NCBI GenBank assembly: GCA_964187785.1 | Contig: OZ076409.1 | Span: 32,986,001 to 33,050,000 of the forward strand | Length of the DNA stretch: 64,000 nt | Direction: 5' to 3' | DNA from: Amphiscolops sp. MND2022 | Taxonomy: Eukaryota | Shown here: piece by piece, positions 60,587 to 64,000 of the stretch | Numbering within the stretch: position 1 is the stretch's first letter | Layout of the letters: every line of letters begins with the position of its first letter | Made by a program: the position numbers and the translations under genes | The notes under the pieces: model-generated | Told to the model about the DNA's origin: nothing | What the model saw: the letters and a program-made list of their open reading frames with translations, nothing else | Database searches by the model: none

Positions 60587-63164
60587 TTCATTAATTTAGT
60601 TGTGTGCGAATTGATTGTAATTGGAGTTCTTGCTTTTGTTTGTGGTGGGGTTACTTACTCTACCCTCCCCCCCCGCTGAAATGGAAGCTGGTGGGTATGG
60701 TGGGGAGTTCATCGCTTTTGGAGTCACTTATTTTCCAGAGATGACTAAGCCTGAGTGATGATAATTCACTTTGGCCGATTTAGTTCTTCAGGATGGTGGT
60801 CAACTAAGGGAATGGTAGTGTTTTTACTAGGTTAATTAAATTAATGCTATGCTACATGCAAAGATTACCAAAAAGTTTTAATTGCGTCTTCCGCAAAGTA
60901 AAGTGGGTTTATTCTGAACAAAAATTTTGAAGTTTTTTTTGTGTGTCTAGGATGATGGTTTTTGGGTTATTATGCAGCGATTCTTTACAGGGACAATCGT
61001 GAGTAGAGATTGATTTTTGACGGGAGTTTTGAGTGGCTATTTAAATTTGGTAGTGATTATCGAGACGCTGTCAGCGCAGTGCGCTTGTTTCACTAGTGGT
61101 TTTCATTATGCTTTTCTAACTAATGATTTCGAGCGCAGTGGGTTAAATGGAAATGGAGGTGGGTTTTGGGAGTTAGTATGGAGGGGGGTACTGAGGTTGG
61201 AGGTATGGTTCGTACCGTGGTGGTAGTACTATGCTTTTAAGCATTCACCGTTCAAACGTGTTAAATTATTGGTTTTCTACTTTTGTATCTCACGGAACAT
61301 GTAACGGGGGGTTCTTGATATTGGAAACGCTTGGAAGGTAGTACGACCAGTTCAATGGGATGCGTTGGGGATGTTTCTTGCGCGAATGGGGTAATTGCGG
61401 TTTTCGTAGGCTTGTTTTGGGGTGTAAAATGCCGCGATTTCTTGTTCGAGATTCGCTAAATCGAATATTTCATCGAATTGCACGTCTGGAAAACTATGCT
61501 TTGCTACAAAACTATGTTGTACCCGAGGTACCACTTTTATGGGTCAAAATTCACAAAAATGTCCATTTCTCAGCTTTGGATTGCCACTGGCTGCTCAAAT
61601 TGCACAAATCATCGGGATCTAATGCCGTGTGTACGAAAATGGAAGAATTTTTGTGTTGGGATACCTGCAAGGTATTGCACTATGCTCAACTAAAATTTGA
61701 TTTTTTCTACAATTTTGTACACTTTTTGGGCAAATTTGCGGCTAAGTTTTCTATGTCACTAGTATTGCTACCGCAATGAAAATTACACCACTAGCGTAAC
61801 GTGTTGTGGTCTACACGAAAGTGCAATCCGTTTTGGGCTGCTCCTACCAGAAGAGATTTCGACCTGCTCTGGGAGCACTATACCAAAGTCCCGATATTGT
61901 CACTAAAATAGCACGTTTTTGGCTATTTCTTGGCAACCACTGGTTGGAATCAATCGCGGTTTTCTGCGTTAGCAATGTTATGCTTTGTATTAACAGAAAA
62001 CATGCGGGCGAAACCTGGTAGGTTCCAAATAAGGTCTTCAAAAATTTTTATTTAAGTTGCGCTTTTTACACTCTCAGGACAGTACAAAAATCGTTTGTTT
62101 TCGCCAAGAATTCGGTACTTCTCGGTTTTCTAATGTTCCGAATGGTTTTGTCAGCAGTGGATAGAAGTATAACAAGTTTATTCAGGGGCTTGGGTTTGTT
62201 CCAATAATTAGTTTAGTTTCAATAACACTCAGGTCTTTGGTGTCCCTCTGCTCAGGCCTGTATGTAACAAAAGAAAGGGATTGATAAAGTTTTAATTTAT
62301 ATTGGGGAAAGCAAAATAACCGTCGTGGCACTAGTGTTACTTGTCGCCAAGCTCGATAACAAAATTTTTGGGCCTCTTCAATGGCTTGGGAGTTGTCGCC
62401 CAAGGCTTTGCCCCTGTCAAATTGTGTCAAAATGGCCGAATTTGACAATTTTTGAAAAGGTTTTGCAAAATTTTTCGTTTTTTTCGAAAAACTGGCCCAG
62501 CAACATTTTTTGTTCCTGACCCGGTGGGTCTATTGGAATGTTTTTCTAGTATTCCCACTGGCCGTACTTTGTTTAACAACATTTTGGTCTTAAAAATTAA
62601 AAATTTCGGTATTCGAGCCAAAAATAGCTTTATTTTCTAGGTTTTCGAGCTCAAATTTTTTAACAGCTAGTTCAAACACCCTCTGGGTTTTTGTCTCAGT
62701 TAGTTATTGTGGAAATAGGCCTGGAAATACTCTTTTTGGGTCGTTAAAAGCGATAGGAATGAAATAACCCAGCTGTCTTCGTAGATTCGGCAGTTGCAGG
62801 GGAGGTGGAGGTCACAGCGTGAAGTGTCTGACGCCTTGTACTCAGGTGGTTGGGGCGTTCACAAATTGTCCTCTCGGTCCCTGTACAATGCCAATTAGCT
62901 GAGAATAATTTGAAACAGGTTCCGGATAGGCCGGAATTGCTTTTTTATTAGGTACAAGTAAGGTTAAAGGCGGTACACCGTTAGAAACTGTTAATTTCTC
63001 GTGGTAGACCTCAGAAACATACAGGAAACGCCGGAACAACAATAGTACAAAGCCCAGAGGGCTAGAAAAAGATTATAAAAACAATCTAGGACCCTCCCTC
63101 AAGCTTTTCCTAGATCAGGACCGGAAAGCAGAAGTTGCTCCTACTTGTACGCAAACTGAAAAAT

Positions 63165-63182
63165 ATCCCTCTGTGGTCGCCA
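63165..63182 (-). promoter_or_regulatory. Primer-binding site, tRNA-Arg-like (element C)
   Basis: TGGCGACCACAGAGGGAT. Confidence 0.7.
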
Positions 63183-63198
63183 TAAAAACTATTCCAGA

Positions 63199-63817
63199 TG
63201 TAACGACCGGCTAGCGACGCACATCTAGGAAGACGGACAAAGCCTAGGATGCTCAAACAGGAGACCGTTGTCTTACTACATACCTAGACACTAGTTTTTG
63301 ATCCCAAAATGGTCTCCTGTAAAAACGTTCCCTAATATTTCCAATGCGTTCCAACAACTTCCTACATACTTCCGAGGTCCAAAAAGGTGTTTAACTAAAA
63401 TACATTATATTGAGTGAATAAGGACTAAAATGGAGACCTACTAGGTCTAACATTATCCAAATACTCAGAAAATAGCAATAAACACGGGGATAAGAACCAA
63501 TTCTTTTACAGTTCATCGTCGTCCGTCGAATTTCTGCCTCTGACATCATTCTTCATCATCGGGCACTTTTTCGGAGAGATGGCACAACACTCCGATCTGC
63601 TCGTTCTTTTCTTCTGATCTCTTTCAATTTTCCCTCGCATTCTTCTTTTTTTTTGGTATTTTTCCACGTGCTCTCTTCTTTGCTCTGTCATCGCGTGGCT
63701 TCCTTTTTCGTTCATGTACTCGTACCTGCCAGGTCGGCCCTTTTGATTGTTCCTTATTCATATCGCACATTTCGAATTTTTCATCGAAATTTTGTCATGC
63801 CGGTGGCAGACGTTACA
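63199..63817 (-). repeat. Element C 5' LTR
   Basis: TGTAACG...CGTTACA inverted termini. Confidence 0.92.
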
Positions 63818-64000
63818 TGTCAAGAATGAGCAATATTTGTGGGTTGATATTTAAAATTGGACATATGAATTCGACTCACTGTCTTCTTTTGTTATATAAT
63901 TTTCATGCTAAATCGATCATACTGTAAGGACTCCTGTTATGTGGACGATTAACCTATCTCGGAAAGTCTGTATAGTTAACAATTGTATTTTCCACAATCT

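Larger units (their letters stand above)
53739..63817 (-). mobile_element. Two-LTR non-autonomous Gypsy 'element C' (gag-PR kept, most of pol deleted, accessory ORF kept)
   Basis: Highly similar LTRs at 53739-54350 and 63199-63817, PBS at 63165-63182 and PPT at 54351-54358. No clean TSD. Confidence 0.9.

Noticed and set aside
53734..63822. TSD for element C
   Set aside because: The flanks ATTGT and TGTCA give no exact 4-5 bp duplication at the inferred boundaries.

Overview
Repeat-saturated eukaryotic (most likely invertebrate animal) genomic DNA with two 200-N assembly gaps and no recognisable host gene. From left to right: a Ty3/Gypsy pol fragment (1-1270); a decayed Polinton/adintovirus structural-gene block (~1272-4990); a (TAC)n microsatellite; a small LTR-internal-LTR deletion derivative (5942-8647); a complete 16.2-kb Ty3/Gypsy element ('element A', 8702-24931, minus strand, 5-bp TSD GCTTC); a 3x ~1.03-kb LTR-containing tandem array; a three-ORF LINE (~29000-34174); and several copies of a second Gypsy family (B 34375-46030, B' 46591-51057, C 53739-63817). 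Two systems stand out. (1) Between pol and the 3' LTR, element A carries an antisense gene with four phase-consistent GT-AG introns. It encodes a BED-type zinc finger and a hAT-transposase-like protein and is paired divergently with a small sense ORF. A's 1.75-kb LTRs are protein-coding at both ends and begin with a hairpin. (2) The B/C family carries a conserved block of non-env accessory ORFs after pol (TARG1-like macrodomain, possible SGNH-like domain, large unknown ORF) and a tRNA-Arg-like PBS offset 16 nt from the LTR. All domain calls come from motif recognition by eye; no database searches were run.
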